Shown one piece after another: positions 8,352-19,545 of a stretch of DNA of 64,000 nt. The notes under the pieces were generated by a model. The model was given only the letters and a program-made list of their open reading frames with translations. It was not told the DNA's origin and did no database searches. Position 1 is the first letter of the stretch; every line of letters starts with the position of its first letter. The stretch is taken from contig MU005964.1 of the NCBI GenBank assembly GCA_010093745.1, forward strand, positions 62,001 through 126,000, in the 5' to 3' direction. The position numbers and the translations under genes were made by a program. This DNA comes from Piedraia hortae CBS 480.64. Lineage: Eukaryota.

Positions 8352-11300
8352 TCAGTAGCATTCTCGCTCAATCTCCGCACCGGAGAAGTCGTCTTCGTCG
8401 GCGAAATCCATGCGGTGCTGCGCATCAGAGTCATAGCTCTGGTCTTTTAGGAGGGGAGTCAGTGGGCTTTGGGATGTGTGGTTCTCTTCCTTCCTCTGTA
8501 GACGCGGAGGCGGAATGGCCTTTGTGCTTTGAGGGCGGGAGCTCGCGCGGACGTTACTCGCTGGAGGCGTCATCAGCCCCGTAGGCGTTTTCAGAGCTGA
8601 GCTCTCCATGCTGCTTCGCCACTTGTTGAATGCAGACGAGATTTGTGCTGCAGCTTGGCCTTTCCATCCACCGCGTTTTTCCTGTGCTTCCATTTCCAGA
8701 CTGGCGCGAATACGCACGGCTGCGTCGCGGACTGTTCGGCGGTCGTAGTCTGGCCCCGAGAGGGTGGCGATGAGTTCTGTCAAGTCCTCGTTGCGTACTT
8801 GTAGGAGTTCGCGGAGCCAGTTGACCTCTGACTGGAGCTCTTTGATGCGTCGGGGATTCGCTTGGACCTGTAACTTCTCGATGCGTTGCTCCCTTGCTTG
8901 CAGTTGCTCTTGCAATACGCAAATGGTCTCGCGTAGGGCTTGCGGTGAGATCTTCTCGGGCTCACTGGACCGGGACTTTGCACTGGCTGCCGCGGCTTGG
9001 GCTGCTGTTGTAGCAATCTCGAGTCTTTCTTGCATGTAATTGATGCGCTCCTGCGAATGCTGCAGTCTGGCATCCGCAATGGTAAGGCGTTCCCGCATGA
9101 TTTCTTCTAGACGAGCCTTGTCTTCCTTGGCATGCTCCACGGCACGCGTGTAGCGAAGTGTCAGCTCATCTACCGTTGTGCTATTCGCTTGTTGAGCCAT
9201 TCGTAACGCTGCTTCGCCCTCAATGCGGTTGGTCTCAAGTGTGAGGCGGGCTTTTGCCAGCTTCTCCTCGAGCTCTGTCTGTGTCTTACGGCTGCTCGTC
9301 TCAAACTCATGCATCTCACGCTCCTTTAGCCCTATCAGACTTTGCTTTTCCTCGACCTGAGCTTGAAGCTTGCTACGTTCCTGCTCCAAAGCTGCAAGCA
9401 CACGATTTGCCTCTTCGCCTTCAACGAGTTTTGAACGGGCAATTCGCAGCTCCTCGACATGTTCCTGGCATTCTCTATCCCGAACAGCCTGTGCAGCCAC
9501 GAGTGCATCGTACTTCTGACGATGTTCATATTCTCGAGCCTTGGACAGAGCTTTCTCGCTTGCTAGCTGACTTGCAGCAGTCGCCATATCGGCGTGCAGC
9601 TTTTCCAGTCTCCGCTTCATTACACCACTGGACTCATGGCCTTCCTCAACCAGCTGCTTTAAGCTTGCAATACGTTCTTCGAACATGTGGCGCTCCCTCG
9701 TTGCTTCATCAATACCCTGTCGCCATTTGGTGCTTGAGAGACGGTATTCATCTAAGGTATGTTGCAACGCTCGATTCTCTGCTTGTAAACCCTCAGCCTT
9801 TGCCTCGGTCATCTTCAAGGCTTTTGTCACCCCCCGAAGCTCATCTTCAAGCGAATCGCGTTTGGCAGCTTGATCCTGAATTTTTTTGCGAAGGACTTGC
9901 AACTCTGGGTCATTGTCCGAACGATGCATTAGCTGGGTGTCGCCATATTCAAAGGATGACGGAAGATGGCGCTCCAACACCTCCTCAACCATCGAGCGAA
10001 CGTCAGCCACGACGGGGCCGACGGAAACCGTCTTTGCAAGGGTTGTTTGTATTTCTTCGAGCGAGGATTGAAGTGCTGTAAGATCGAAAGGGAGCTGAGC
10101 TGGTCGAGCCTGTTCCTCCCGCAAAGCTTCCAGCACAGCGACTTTGATCTGCTCCTGACGTTTTTCACGGCTGCGAGATATGGGACGTCTGGGCTGATAC
10201 GTTGCCATGTCTTCGTCATCGGCATCGCTGTCGATGGTTGAAGGGCTATGCTTGGACAACGGCCTGTCAGCAGAGCTGCTGTTGATCTTACTGACTGCTT
10301 TCTCGAGGGGCCGAATGTGGTCTTGCACAACGCGAGTAAGGACTTCTTCAAGGCCATCTGCATCCCTAACCGGTTTCTTCCATGCCTCCTCAGGCCATTT
10401 GGATGACACCACGTGAGTGGTTTCGACACGCCGATGGCCAGGCCATTCGCTTGTCTCGCCACTGCTTCTCCTTTTCGGTAGGCTTGAGAGGGTGCCCATC
10501 GACTCTTCTTCCTGATCTGACATGGTTGACAAGTCACTTTCTTGCAGAGGCGGCGAATTGTTAAGCTCTCGCATGACAAGATCAATCTCTGAAAATGTTG
10601 GATGATCAGGAGACGGAGGTAGTGGCTTTTCACTTGCAACTACTTCATTGCCGTTAAATTGCTCAAGGGTGTTGGAGAAAGCACTTGTAATTGGCACAAA
10701 CGGTGCAGCAAGTGCAGAAAGCGATGAAGACTGTTTGTGACCTCTTACCGCCGGCATTACATTCTGCACTGGAGGTTCCAGTTCAGCTGCGCGGGCGGCT
10801 AGTTCAGCCTCTTCAGGATCAGACGTAGCGTCAGCAGGTGGCTGTTCAGCGAAAAGAGGCACTTCATCATTGGCTGAGCTGAATTTACGCTGGCGTTTGA
10901 TCCGATCGTCGCTCTGCTTGACGCGTCCGTCTTCGTCATCTGCCTCCTTGTCGTCCGACGGCGGGACTATTGGAACAGCTTTCGATTTCCGGGTTGTTTT
11001 AGCACGAGGGACGTTGACACGCCCAAATATACTTGGAAGTCCACCATCTGGGGTATTTGGAAGTTTCTTGGCATTTTCGAAGCCAGGAAAGTTAAAGTCT
11101 GAATTGGGTTGAAATGCAGGTGCGGCCACGTTCAAACTAGCTGTAGGCTTGTGAATGTGCTTATAGATACCATCAGTCTCGGAACTGGAAGGGCAATGGA
11201 TGTCGGAGTTATTGGGTGGCGCAACGTCCCCATCCATCTGAGCCCGAATCTGGTCAGGCACAAAGGGAGGGTTCGGAGCCACTGAAATACCCGAATGAAC

Positions 11301-12530
11301 CAGTGGAGACGGAACACGCACGTTACCCTGGCGGATACCTGGGAACTGGCCCGGAGAGGGGTTCCGTGACGAGCTTCCAAAGTGGCGTGAAATGTCAACC
11401 GAAGCCGCGAATCCGTGCACGTGACCAAGCCCGCTAGCCGGGGATGATGGCGACGCCATCGTCATGGCGTGGGAATGTCCGCGGACCATTGGCGGGAGGC
11501 TAACGCTTTCGTTGAGGTAGGACCTTGCTGATAGGTATGGATAATGGTGACCGTTGAGACGTCCGTTGGGTTCGTCCCTGGCCAGTTCAACCCCCAAAGC
11601 TGCTAGCCTCTGTTCCATTAGCTCAGCCTCGTGGGCTTTCCACTTGTCAAAGTCTGGAAATCGGACAGTAGGGCGCTGCTGTTCGTCTTTTGCCCGCTCT
11701 TCTGGGTAAATGGGCCTTGCCAGAACGCCCTGAACGTCAAATCCATGCAAATTGTAGCCCAACTGCTCAAACTTGCGGAGTCGTAATCGAATTTCATCAT
11801 CAGTCAATGGCTTCGGCAGCCCAAGAGCCTTGAAATCGACATCCGGAATCGAGACGATGCAGGTTTTCCCTCGCCAAGGGATTCGCTTGCGAGTTCTGGC
11901 GCGAGAGATATTCGTTAAAGCATTCCTGATCTGCTGACGCTCGTCTGAAACGTTGCTTGCCCATTGTGAGGTGGGAGTTTCCTCAGCCACTCCACTTGTT
12001 CTATCTTCCATGGTCTCGACAAATGATTGCTGGTTCAGAGTATGATTATGCTCCCTTGATATATGTCTCTTGCACGACCTTTCAGTGCGGTTATGCGACT
12101 TCCGGGTTGGGGAGATGGAGACGCGTACGGCTCTTGTAGCCCAAGGTTTCTTCTGATTATCCAAGCTGCGCCCGCGCTTCGATACAAGATGTGAAGCAAC
12201 CAAGCTGCTTTCTGGGTAATACGATCCTGAGTGCTCTGCCTTAGACAGGCCAAAATCTCTTAGCCGGTTTGGCACAATGTGCTCGAGCCCAAAAGTCAGC
12301 AACGGCGAGCTTTCGTTGTCTCTTTCCGGAGCTGGAAACGGCTCAGTCCAAGCAGTATAGGTGGTGCCGGTCGAAGATGGCGATCGTGGGTATGGCGACC
12401 CCCAAACGGCCGTGTAGTAATCCGACGTGTCGTCTCTGTGCCGCCAATGATTGTTTGCTGGGGTCCGAGGCGGTGGGAGATGGACGGGATCCAGCGTCGA
12501 GCTGGACTTTTTCCTTGAATGCCCGTACAA
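8352..12530 (-). CDS. Large fungal protein with disordered N-terminal half and long C-terminal coiled coil (often labelled myosin-heavy-chain-like); start codon uncertain
   Basis: 1392-codon ORF opening at TTG 12530. The first in-frame ATG is at 12011. The frame stays open back to an intron at 12676-12623. The C-terminus is heptad-rich in E/K/R/L/Q. Confidence 0.8.
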   Translation of the reverse strand: MYGHSRKKSSSTLDPVHLPPPRTPANNHWRHRDDTSDYYTAVWGSPYPRSPSSTGTTYTAWTEPFPAPERDNESSPLLTFGLEHIVPNRLRDFGLSKAEHSGSYYPESSLVASHLVSKRGRSLDNQKKPWATRAVRVSISPTRKSHNRTERSCKRHISREHNHTLNQQSFVETMEDRTSGVAEETPTSQWASNVSDERQQIRNALTNISRARTRKRIPWRGKTCIVSIPDVDFKALGLPKPLTDDEIRLRLRKFEQLGYNLHGFDVQGVLARPIYPEERAKDEQQRPTVRFPDFDKWKAHEAELMEQRLAALGVELARDEPNGRLNGHHYPYLSARSYLNESVSLPPMVRGHSHAMTMASPSSPASGLGHVHGFAASVDISRHFGSSSRNPSPGQFPGIRQGNVRVPSPLVHSGISVAPNPPFVPDQIRAQMDGDVAPPNNSDIHCPSSSETDGIYKHIHKPTASLNVAAPAFQPNSDFNFPGFENAKKLPNTPDGGLPSIFGRVNVPRAKTTRKSKAVPIVPPSDDKEADDEDGRVKQSDDRIKRQRKFSSANDEVPLFAEQPPADATSDPEEAELAARAAELEPPVQNVMPAVRGHKQSSSLSALAAPFVPITSAFSNTLEQFNGNEVVASEKPLPPSPDHPTFSEIDLVMRELNNSPPLQESDLSTMSDQEEESMGTLSSLPKRRSSGETSEWPGHRRVETTHVVSSKWPEEAWKKPVRDADGLEEVLTRVVQDHIRPLEKAVSKINSSSADRPLSKHSPSTIDSDADDEDMATYQPRRPISRSREKRQEQIKVAVLEALREEQARPAQLPFDLTALQSSLEEIQTTLAKTVSVGPVVADVRSMVEEVLERHLPSSFEYGDTQLMHRSDNDPELQVLRKKIQDQAAKRDSLEDELRGVTKALKMTEAKAEGLQAENRALQHTLDEYRLSSTKWRQGIDEATRERHMFEERIASLKQLVEEGHESSGVMKRRLEKLHADMATAASQLASEKALSKAREYEHRQKYDALVAAQAVRDRECQEHVEELRIARSKLVEGEEANRVLAALEQERSKLQAQVEEKQSLIGLKEREMHEFETSSRKTQTELEEKLAKARLTLETNRIEGEAALRMAQQANSTTVDELTLRYTRAVEHAKEDKARLEEIMRERLTIADARLQHSQERINYMQERLEIATTAAQAAAASAKSRSSEPEKISPQALRETICVLQEQLQAREQRIEKLQVQANPRRIKELQSEVNWLRELLQVRNEDLTELIATLSGPDYDRRTVRDAAVRIRASLEMEAQEKRGGWKGQAAAQISSAFNKWRSSMESSALKTPTGLMTPPASNVRASSRPQSTKAIPPPRLQRKEENHTSQSPLTPLLKDQSYDSDAQHRMDFADEDDFSGAEIERECY

Positions 12531-13514
12531 GTCTCGATGGGCTACTGGAGGTGACGCGATGTGACCATTCCTAACCGGAGACCTGCCGGTGCTTCGCAGC
12601 TGGACACGATCGTCTGTAAAGGCTGCACCACATCTCTGTTAGTGAGAGACTTGGGGAAGACGTTTTCGAGCCATACCGTCCACGGCTCAGGCTTCAGAGA
12701 GCGACTTCAAGCCGCTCAGTTGTCAATGTTTTTCAGACGCGTCCAAGATGCCTGATCGACCCGACGGTAATTAAAGCCGAAAAGAGCTGGAGAGGTTATA
12801 TGACAAACGGCAAGGTGAATAGTGGACTGGTTCCGCGCATGGTGGTTGTGTTGTTGGTATTGTCGGAACAATGCGTCAAGGGTGGCTGGGTGTTCATCCC
12901 ATGTGGAGCTGTCATTCGCGAACGACAACTGAAAGCTGCACAGGGGTCGGCTCAACCTCGGTGGGTAGGATGTCGGAGAATTTTTTGGCTTTTGCCCTTG
13001 GGCCTGGAATGGCCATGGTTGTATCATGTACCACTCGTGCAGTTTTCTCGAACAATGCTGTCGTTCCAGGTGAACACTGCCGTTATTTCATCCCGTTAAA
13101 CAGAGCCTTTTAGCAATTCTTGATAGATGTCAGTGTGATGCCGCGATCAGAGCGAGCTGATGAAGGAATTCATGGTACGATAGCCAGTTTTCAGACGAGA
13201 CCTGGTCCAGTTTTCAATTGCTTATGAAAATCAATGCCATGTGTACTCTCACACAAAACCTACCAGAATTTCGATTCACGAATTTTCCACCTCTCGTACT
13301 GATCTATAACAATTAAAGTACAGTTGCTCTCCACCTAGCGTAACGGACTTATAGGGAAAGCTGCCTGGGTTGGTACGTGGTAGCGCAATCAATAAATCTG
13401 ATCACTACAGTGAAGTTCTTCCAACCGCACCTCTGCTTAATTTTCGCGTGACTTTCACATCAACCTCAAAATTTCTCTCAAGGCAAAACAGAACATGACT
13501 TTTTCATTCCGGCC

Positions 13515-14468
13515 ATGACAAATGTAGTTTCAACACAGAAAGCGAGTCCTGGTGAGTTCATGTGATGATCCCACACCGACCCGCCTAACGCGGCCCCAGC
13601 CTTTCACCTCGTTGCCGGACTCGGTTCCGGCGCAACAACTGCCTTTCTGCTACAACCGGCAGACCTCCTCAAGACGCGAGTGCAGCAATCACAGTCCTCG
13701 ACGCTTACCCAAGCTTTCCGGGAGATTCTCAATGGCCCACGTCCCGTACAAACGCTGTGGCGAGGGGTCGTCCCGTCAGTGCTGCGAACGGGGTGTGGAT
13801 CGGCGCTCTACTTTGGTATGCTCAGCCAGATGAGGCAGTACACCGCGAAGCATTTCACCAAACCAGCTTCATCTGCATCAGAGGCGAGCACGTCATCTGT
13901 GTCACCTAAACTTGGCAATGTAGGAAATCTGACCACAGGTGCTTTGGCCCGTGTGGCCGCCGGACTAGTCGTGAACCCCATAACCGTGCTCAAAGTGCGA
14001 TACGAGTCCACACATTATGCCTACACCTCCTTGGCGGGTGCAGCGAGAGACATTGTCAGGAAAGAGGGGCTTCGTGGCTTTTTCGCAGGGTTTGATGCCA
14101 CGGCCGTGAGGGATGCACCCTATGCTGGATTCTATGTTCTAGTCTACGAGCAGTTGAAGAAGCAGTTGAATGCGCTTTCACCGCCGGAGCACGGCTCCGG
14201 TTCAGTCTCTATAAACTTCATATCGGGAGTCATCGCCGCCGTGTCGGCTACAACATTGACAAATCCCTTTGATGCCATCAAGACTCGCTTACAGCTTGCG
14301 CCGGGAAGATATGGAAATCTCTTTAGTGCAGCACGGATAATGTTGAGGGAAGAAGGCGTTGGGAGCATGTTTAGCGGACTCAGCATGCGCATCGGCCGCA
14401 AGGCTTTGAGCAGTGCATTTACCTGGACGACATATGAGGAACTGATTCGTAGAGCGGGAAAGTACTGA
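13515..14468 (+). CDS. HEM25: Mitochondrial glycine carrier (SLC25A38/Hem25; intron 13552-13599)
   Basis: Spliced product has three carrier repeats: [23 protein letters not shown] and [11 protein letters not shown]. Hem25-type RDAPYAG and RKALSSA..WT.YE are present. Confidence 0.9.
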
Positions 14469-14826
14469 TGTAAAAGTAGTGGCAATGTGTGAGACCAATT
14501 AGACGGTTGTCTGTGCTGGCCGATAAGAGACTGCTGACCTCAAGTTTCGTGTTGGACGAATCTTGTTGGGCTTGTCCAACGCCCACTTTTTTCTAGACTT
14601 TCGTGTTAGAAAAAGCAATGCGATACGATTCCATGTGCTGCCCTCTTCATTGGCCTGTGACACGCTGGAATGTATGTCCAGCAGGTTTGACCTGCCTCAA
14701 CCTAAACGCACAGACTCGTGCAACCCCTCTACAAAAACGAAACTTGACAAGCCGCTCTTTTTTTTTTTTTTTTTGCCTCAAGGTTCTGTCTACACCTTTG
14801 ACAGTTCAAACGTACACGACAACGAT

Positions 14827-16008
14827 ATGACTGGCACAAAAAATATCGTCATCCTGGGCGGCAGCTTTGCCGGCCAGTCCATAGCGCACTACCTAGCCAG
14901 GCATACTCTGCCAAAACTGCAAGAATCAAAGGTCGCTAATTACAAAATCATCATTGTTGATCCCTCGACACAGTTTTGGTGGCATATTGCCGCGCCACGA
15001 GCCATTGTGTCTGTAGATGAAATGAAGCATGAGGACTGCTTTAAGCCCATCCTAGATGGATTCAAGCAGTATTCAGATCTTGCGATAAGTCACTTGCATG
15101 GCACGGCGATTGGACTGAACACCGATGATCGTATAATCGCCATCAAAACGGCGGCTGGTGAACAACAATCGCTTCACTACGATTACCTTGTTATTGCCAC
15201 TGGTGTGCGCTCACCTACACCGCTCACGACCTTACAGGGTGACCATACGTTGTCAACCAAGGCGCTTGATGAGATCAATGGCAAAATCAAATCCGCCAAG
15301 ACCATTGCCATCAGTGGTGGTGGACCCATTGGTGTGGAAATCGCAGGCGAAATTGCCTATCGCTACCCCGACAAAGAAGCAATCACGTTAATCACAGGCT
15401 CTGCGAAGCTATTGCCCATCCTCCGTCAAGCACTGTCAGATAAAGCACAGCAGATGCTGGAGAGGCTCGGTGTCAAGGTCAAGTACAACACACTTGTGAC
15501 CAGCTCAGAAGCAACTGCGGATGGTCAGACGACGATCAAAATGAACAATGGCGAGACCCTGACGGCTGATGTCTATATCCCTGCCTACGGTGTCAGCCCA
15601 AACACAGAGTTCTTGCCAGACTATCTCAAAACAGGCGAACTCGGGTGGGTCAAGACAAACGGGGAGACGCTGCGAGTAGATGCGGCCGGACCGCGAGTCT
15701 ACGCCGCCGGAGATGTTGCTGCAGTTGATTTGGGAGGAGTTCTTAAGCTCTACGGATCAATTCCGGTCTTGGGCGCAAACATGTCTCATGACCTCTTGGA
15801 AGATGCTGGTGTAAGCACAGTTCCCGAGCGAACGTATCTGCGCCAAGATTCCGAGACGCAGTTTGTGCCCATTGGTCCCAAGACCGGTGTAGCCGCATAC
15901 AACGGGTGGAAGATTCCCGGCTTCATGGTAGGCCTGGCCAAGGGGAAAGATTACATGATTGGTCGCATCCCAGAAATAACCGAGGGTAGGAAGTTTTCCA
16001 AACCGTGA
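14827..16008 (+). CDS. AIF/AMID-like FAD/NAD(P)H-dependent oxidoreductase
   Basis: Motifs IVILGGSFAG, YDYLVIATG, GGGPIGVEIAGE and VYAAGD. Likely ATG at 14827; the TTG-started upstream extension runs through a poly-T tract. Confidence 0.88.
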   Translation: MTGTKNIVILGGSFAGQSIAHYLARHTLPKLQESKVANYKIIIVDPSTQFWWHIAAPRAIVSVDEMKHEDCFKPILDGFKQYSDLAISHLHGTAIGLNTDDRIIAIKTAAGEQQSLHYDYLVIATGVRSPTPLTTLQGDHTLSTKALDEINGKIKSAKTIAISGGGPIGVEIAGEIAYRYPDKEAITLITGSAKLLPILRQALSDKAQQMLERLGVKVKYNTLVTSSEATADGQTTIKMNNGETLTADVYIPAYGVSPNTEFLPDYLKTGELGWVKTNGETLRVDAAGPRVYAAGDVAAVDLGGVLKLYGSIPVLGANMSHDLLEDAGVSTVPERTYLRQDSETQFVPIGPKTGVAAYNGWKIPGFMVGLAKGKDYMIGRIPEITEGRKFSKP

Positions 16009-16886
16009 AGCGTGGGTGTTTTGTGCAATGTTTGTAATGAAAATGCTCAAGTAATGGATCAGCGATGTGCTCTTTTTCAGACATACCCACTGTTTGCTCT
16101 CTGGCAAAGCATCGGGGATCGACTGTTGGACGGTGCGGGGAAAGTTGCCAGGAACAGGTTAGCGCAGATCTGTAACAAGCCCGTCCCGCTTCGGAACAGC
16201 GCGACCGTTTGTAAGGCGTAAAACGCCAAACAGGGCCCCTTGACTGGCGGTAAAATGGCTCGCTGCAAATCATCCCAGTTATTTGGTACTGGGGGCCCAC
16301 CTGGTTGCAGAGTTGTTGGCACAGCGTTGGGCTGCCACAGCATGACGGTGAGTTGTTGTCACCATGGACGGTAACATCGTGATCCCCAACATGGCCAACC
16401 GCCCCCTTCCCCTAACACGTGAGAGGCAGACACTCCCCCTAGCATGTGATTTTGGCGAATAGTGGTTGGTGTGCCATCCGTGGGGCGGCACGGACCAGGC
16501 AAACCCGCTGGAGCCGAAAAAAAAATAACAGCAAAGAACGCCGGGTCCGCCGCCTTTCTCCCCTTCGTCACTCTCTGCCCCCCTTTCCAAGTCACATGAA
16601 GGTTGAGAGACGTCATTCCATCTTTCTCTCCCTTGCCCGTACGTCTGACACTGTCCCTCGCTCCTTTGGAAACCCCCCTTCACTCGTTACACCTGGCCAG
16701 ACGTGCAGCAGTGGCTGCAGGCTGACGGCATTATTGCAGGATACTCGACGGCAGTGAGGTGGAAAGGGCGGAGCACGGCTTATTTGCTGCTAAATTGCGA
16801 GTGAGACGAGGCACTCATCTCTGATTTGGGAAAAAGCGCAACTTCGTCGTGGCTGTTGTGCAGATATTCGCCGTGGGCTGGGCGGC

Positions 16887-19292
16887 ATGTTGGTCCCTCG
16901 GCCGCTAAATCAGCTCGAGGGTCACTGTTCGGCATTGAGCAATGGAACCTTGTATGTTTTGTCGCCTCAGGGCATGCAGTCGCTGGCACTGGAAAAGAAT
17001 GCCAAATGGCAAAAAGTGGAGGGTGGGAAGTCCGTGACTAGTCCGGCATGTGTAACGGCGCATGACGAGGGAGCCCTATATGTGGTCGGGGGCACTTCCC
17101 AGGATCCGTCTTATTCAGGCCTGCAAAGATTTCTTTTCGGTAGCCACACCTGGGAGACGTTAACTCTGCCTGGTGATAATCTCAAAGGACGAACGGAACA
17201 CAGCGCGACTTACTTGGATGATGCGCAATCGATATTGGTATACGGAGGTTCTCAGCCAGGCGAACCGACAAGCGCGTCCTCGGAAACGTTTTTGATATCA
17301 ACAAAATCACCTTACAACCTCCAGGCCTTTAGCTCGAAAGCACCGCCGACGCGACAACCGGTATTGGAACCGTGGAACACCAGTCATGCCGTTATGATGG
17401 GTGGCTCGACTTTCAACAAGCAGGTCTGGCTGTTTGGGCCGCAATTGGGCTGGTCACAGCTGATTACCAACCTCAGCCTGCTACTTCCTGTTGGAACACG
17501 GGGAAAGCTGATTCCGGGCAGCGACGGCAGCAAAGTCATGCAGGTGTTTCATCTCGACGAGTCACCCAACCGAATCTCACAGCTCGTGTTGCTTGGGCCT
17601 GAAGGACAGACGGCACCCAGCGGAATGATAATACCTCCTGCATCCTCGTCCAGAAAGCGCAAGCGAGGCCTGACGCTCGAGCACTGGCCGGCGTACAACA
17701 GCACAAATGCTCCAACGGCGAAACGAGCTGACTACTCGGTTGCACAAGCACAAAACGGACTAACGGCAATCTCGGGCGGTAATAAGGATGAGCCTCTCAC
17801 TCTTTTCAATTCGTTTGATGGTAGCTGGGTAGACACTTCAAAGTTCTTCAACGTCAAGAACCAGCAGCCTCTCTTGCCTTCAGCGACCAAGCCCCCAATG
17901 ACTTCGGCTACGACTGCAAGCCCAACGACTTCAGCACCGGCTCCATCTAAGTCAGACAGTGGCACAGCGGGCCACCAACCGATGCTCGGTACACTTGGCA
18001 TCATACTCGGTGTACTTTTTGGCATAGCCGCCCTTTTCATGATAGCTCTCTTGATCTTTAGATGGCGGAAATCAAAGCGAGAGGAGAGCAGACGGCGAGA
18101 AGAGGAAAAGGACAGCAATAGGTTAAGTTTTGCCGATAGAGGCACGTCGTTTGTGGCTGGTGCTGACGATGAGCCTTTTACTTTCACACCGCCCAAAGCG
18201 AGTGGACTCGGCTCAGGGCCTGTGGGTGACTCACATAGCTCCTTGGCTATCATCACTGGCCGCATTACCAATAAGCGATCCAGCCATCGTGCTCATACCA
18301 GCACAAACAGCACAGCCCATCTGATACGAGCAAATAATGGGCAGGAGCCTGTAGAAATGGTCGACATGGAAGACAAGGGCATGAATTCACCAGAGCGGAC
18401 TTATGACCCAAATCGCAGCTCGGGATGGTCCAATTTCCTCAAAGCGAGTTACCCGGAATCCAAGGATCTTGAAAGCGACCATGCATCCGTTGCGCCATCT
18501 ACATCAGGTCGATCTGAAGAAAGGGGGAGGACTACTCCGCAATTACCCCTGGTAACCACAACTTCATCACCGCCGAAACTCATTCCGCCGATCGATGTCG
18601 ATTATCACCCCACTTTTGGAGGCCAACAAATCTCGCACGTCAATACAGGTTCGCCCTCGTATTCACATAGTCGAGAGGACTTGACCAAGCTAGGCGGTGG
18701 ATCCTTGGCCGAGGCGCAAAAAGGGCTGATTGTCAATGGAAGTATCGATGGATGGGACCGACGTTCGCAAATCTCGGGCTTCTCACTATCAGCCAATCGA
18801 GCCGATGGCAGGCCATACACACCACGCATCCAAAGTTCCAGAGGGGAAATTTTCTCAACTCCTCAGACCGAAACCTGCCACAATTCACGCGAATCGGAGT
18901 CGCAAGACAACCATGAAAGCACTTATAGCAGCAGCACATACGATCCACGGGAAAGAATCAGCTCTAGAGGTTCTCGTGGCTTTTCAACGAGCTTCTTCCC
19001 CGGCTCTGGCGTACCATATCACGTCCCAAAGTCTAAGTCAGCGTTCATCTACGACGACGTCGACTCACCAACAAGCGCCTATGCCGACCGGTCAACCATG
19101 GACTTGAGCCAGCTAACAACCGACTCTGGTCCCGCAAACAACCCCGAGCCCGATGATGAACCCAGCAACTATGATCTGGACCCGAAACCCCTCGAAACTG
19201 TTCATCCCAAGCGAACAAATCAACAGCAAGCAATGCCGAATGATATGAGTTGGATTAACCTAGGACTAGGCAATGACACGAATAAGTTTTGA
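16887..19292 (+). CDS. Single-pass membrane protein with kelch/galactose-oxidase-like beta-propeller repeats and S-rich cytoplasmic tail
   Basis: Kelch-like motifs LYVVGG, RTEHSATY..ILVYGG and VMMGG. A polybasic RKRKR site, a T/S-rich stalk and a TM helix (LGIILGVLFGIAALFMIALLIF) followed by RWRK. Confidence 0.8.
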   Translation: MLVPRPLNQLEGHCSALSNGTLYVLSPQGMQSLALEKNAKWQKVEGGKSVTSPACVTAHDEGALYVVGGTSQDPSYSGLQRFLFGSHTWETLTLPGDNLKGRTEHSATYLDDAQSILVYGGSQPGEPTSASSETFLISTKSPYNLQAFSSKAPPTRQPVLEPWNTSHAVMMGGSTFNKQVWLFGPQLGWSQLITNLSLLLPVGTRGKLIPGSDGSKVMQVFHLDESPNRISQLVLLGPEGQTAPSGMIIPPASSSRKRKRGLTLEHWPAYNSTNAPTAKRADYSVAQAQNGLTAISGGNKDEPLTLFNSFDGSWVDTSKFFNVKNQQPLLPSATKPPMTSATTASPTTSAPAPSKSDSGTAGHQPMLGTLGIILGVLFGIAALFMIALLIFRWRKSKREESRRREEEKDSNRLSFADRGTSFVAGADDEPFTFTPPKASGLGSGPVGDSHSSLAIITGRITNKRSSHRAHTSTNSTAHLIRANNGQEPVEMVDMEDKGMNSPERTYDPNRSSGWSNFLKASYPESKDLESDHASVAPSTSGRSEERGRTTPQLPLVTTTSSPPKLIPPIDVDYHPTFGGQQISHVNTGSPSYSHSREDLTKLGGGSLAEAQKGLIVNGSIDGWDRRSQISGFSLSANRADGRPYTPRIQSSRGEIFSTPQTETCHNSRESESQDNHESTYSSSTYDPRERISSRGSRGFSTSFFPGSGVPYHVPKSKSAFIYDDVDSPTSAYADRSTMDLSQLTTDSGPANNPEPDDEPSNYDLDPKPLETVHPKRTNQQQAMPNDMSWINLGLGNDTNKF

Positions 19293-19545
19293 TTTGGCGT
19301 TTTTTGTTCTTGCATCTTGATGTTGTTTTACTGGAAAAAGAAATCTGGGCATGGGATCAAAAGACTAGGAGCTCGAGCGTTTCTTCATGAGTTGTGGTAT
19401 ACTGTTGATAGTCATGTTGTATACATGTAATGTTTTCAGGAATTTGAGGTGTGCTTGATTATGCCTTGGGAGGTTTAGTGGTTGTTTGGGTATAGTTGGT
19501 TGTTGGAGATATATATTTTGATTTGCTACATCCTCAGACATGAAT

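Noticed and set aside
14563..14826. TTG-started N-terminal extension of the AIF-like ORF
   Set aside because: Runs through a poly-T promoter-type tract (poly-Phe). The family N-terminus begins at ATG 14827.
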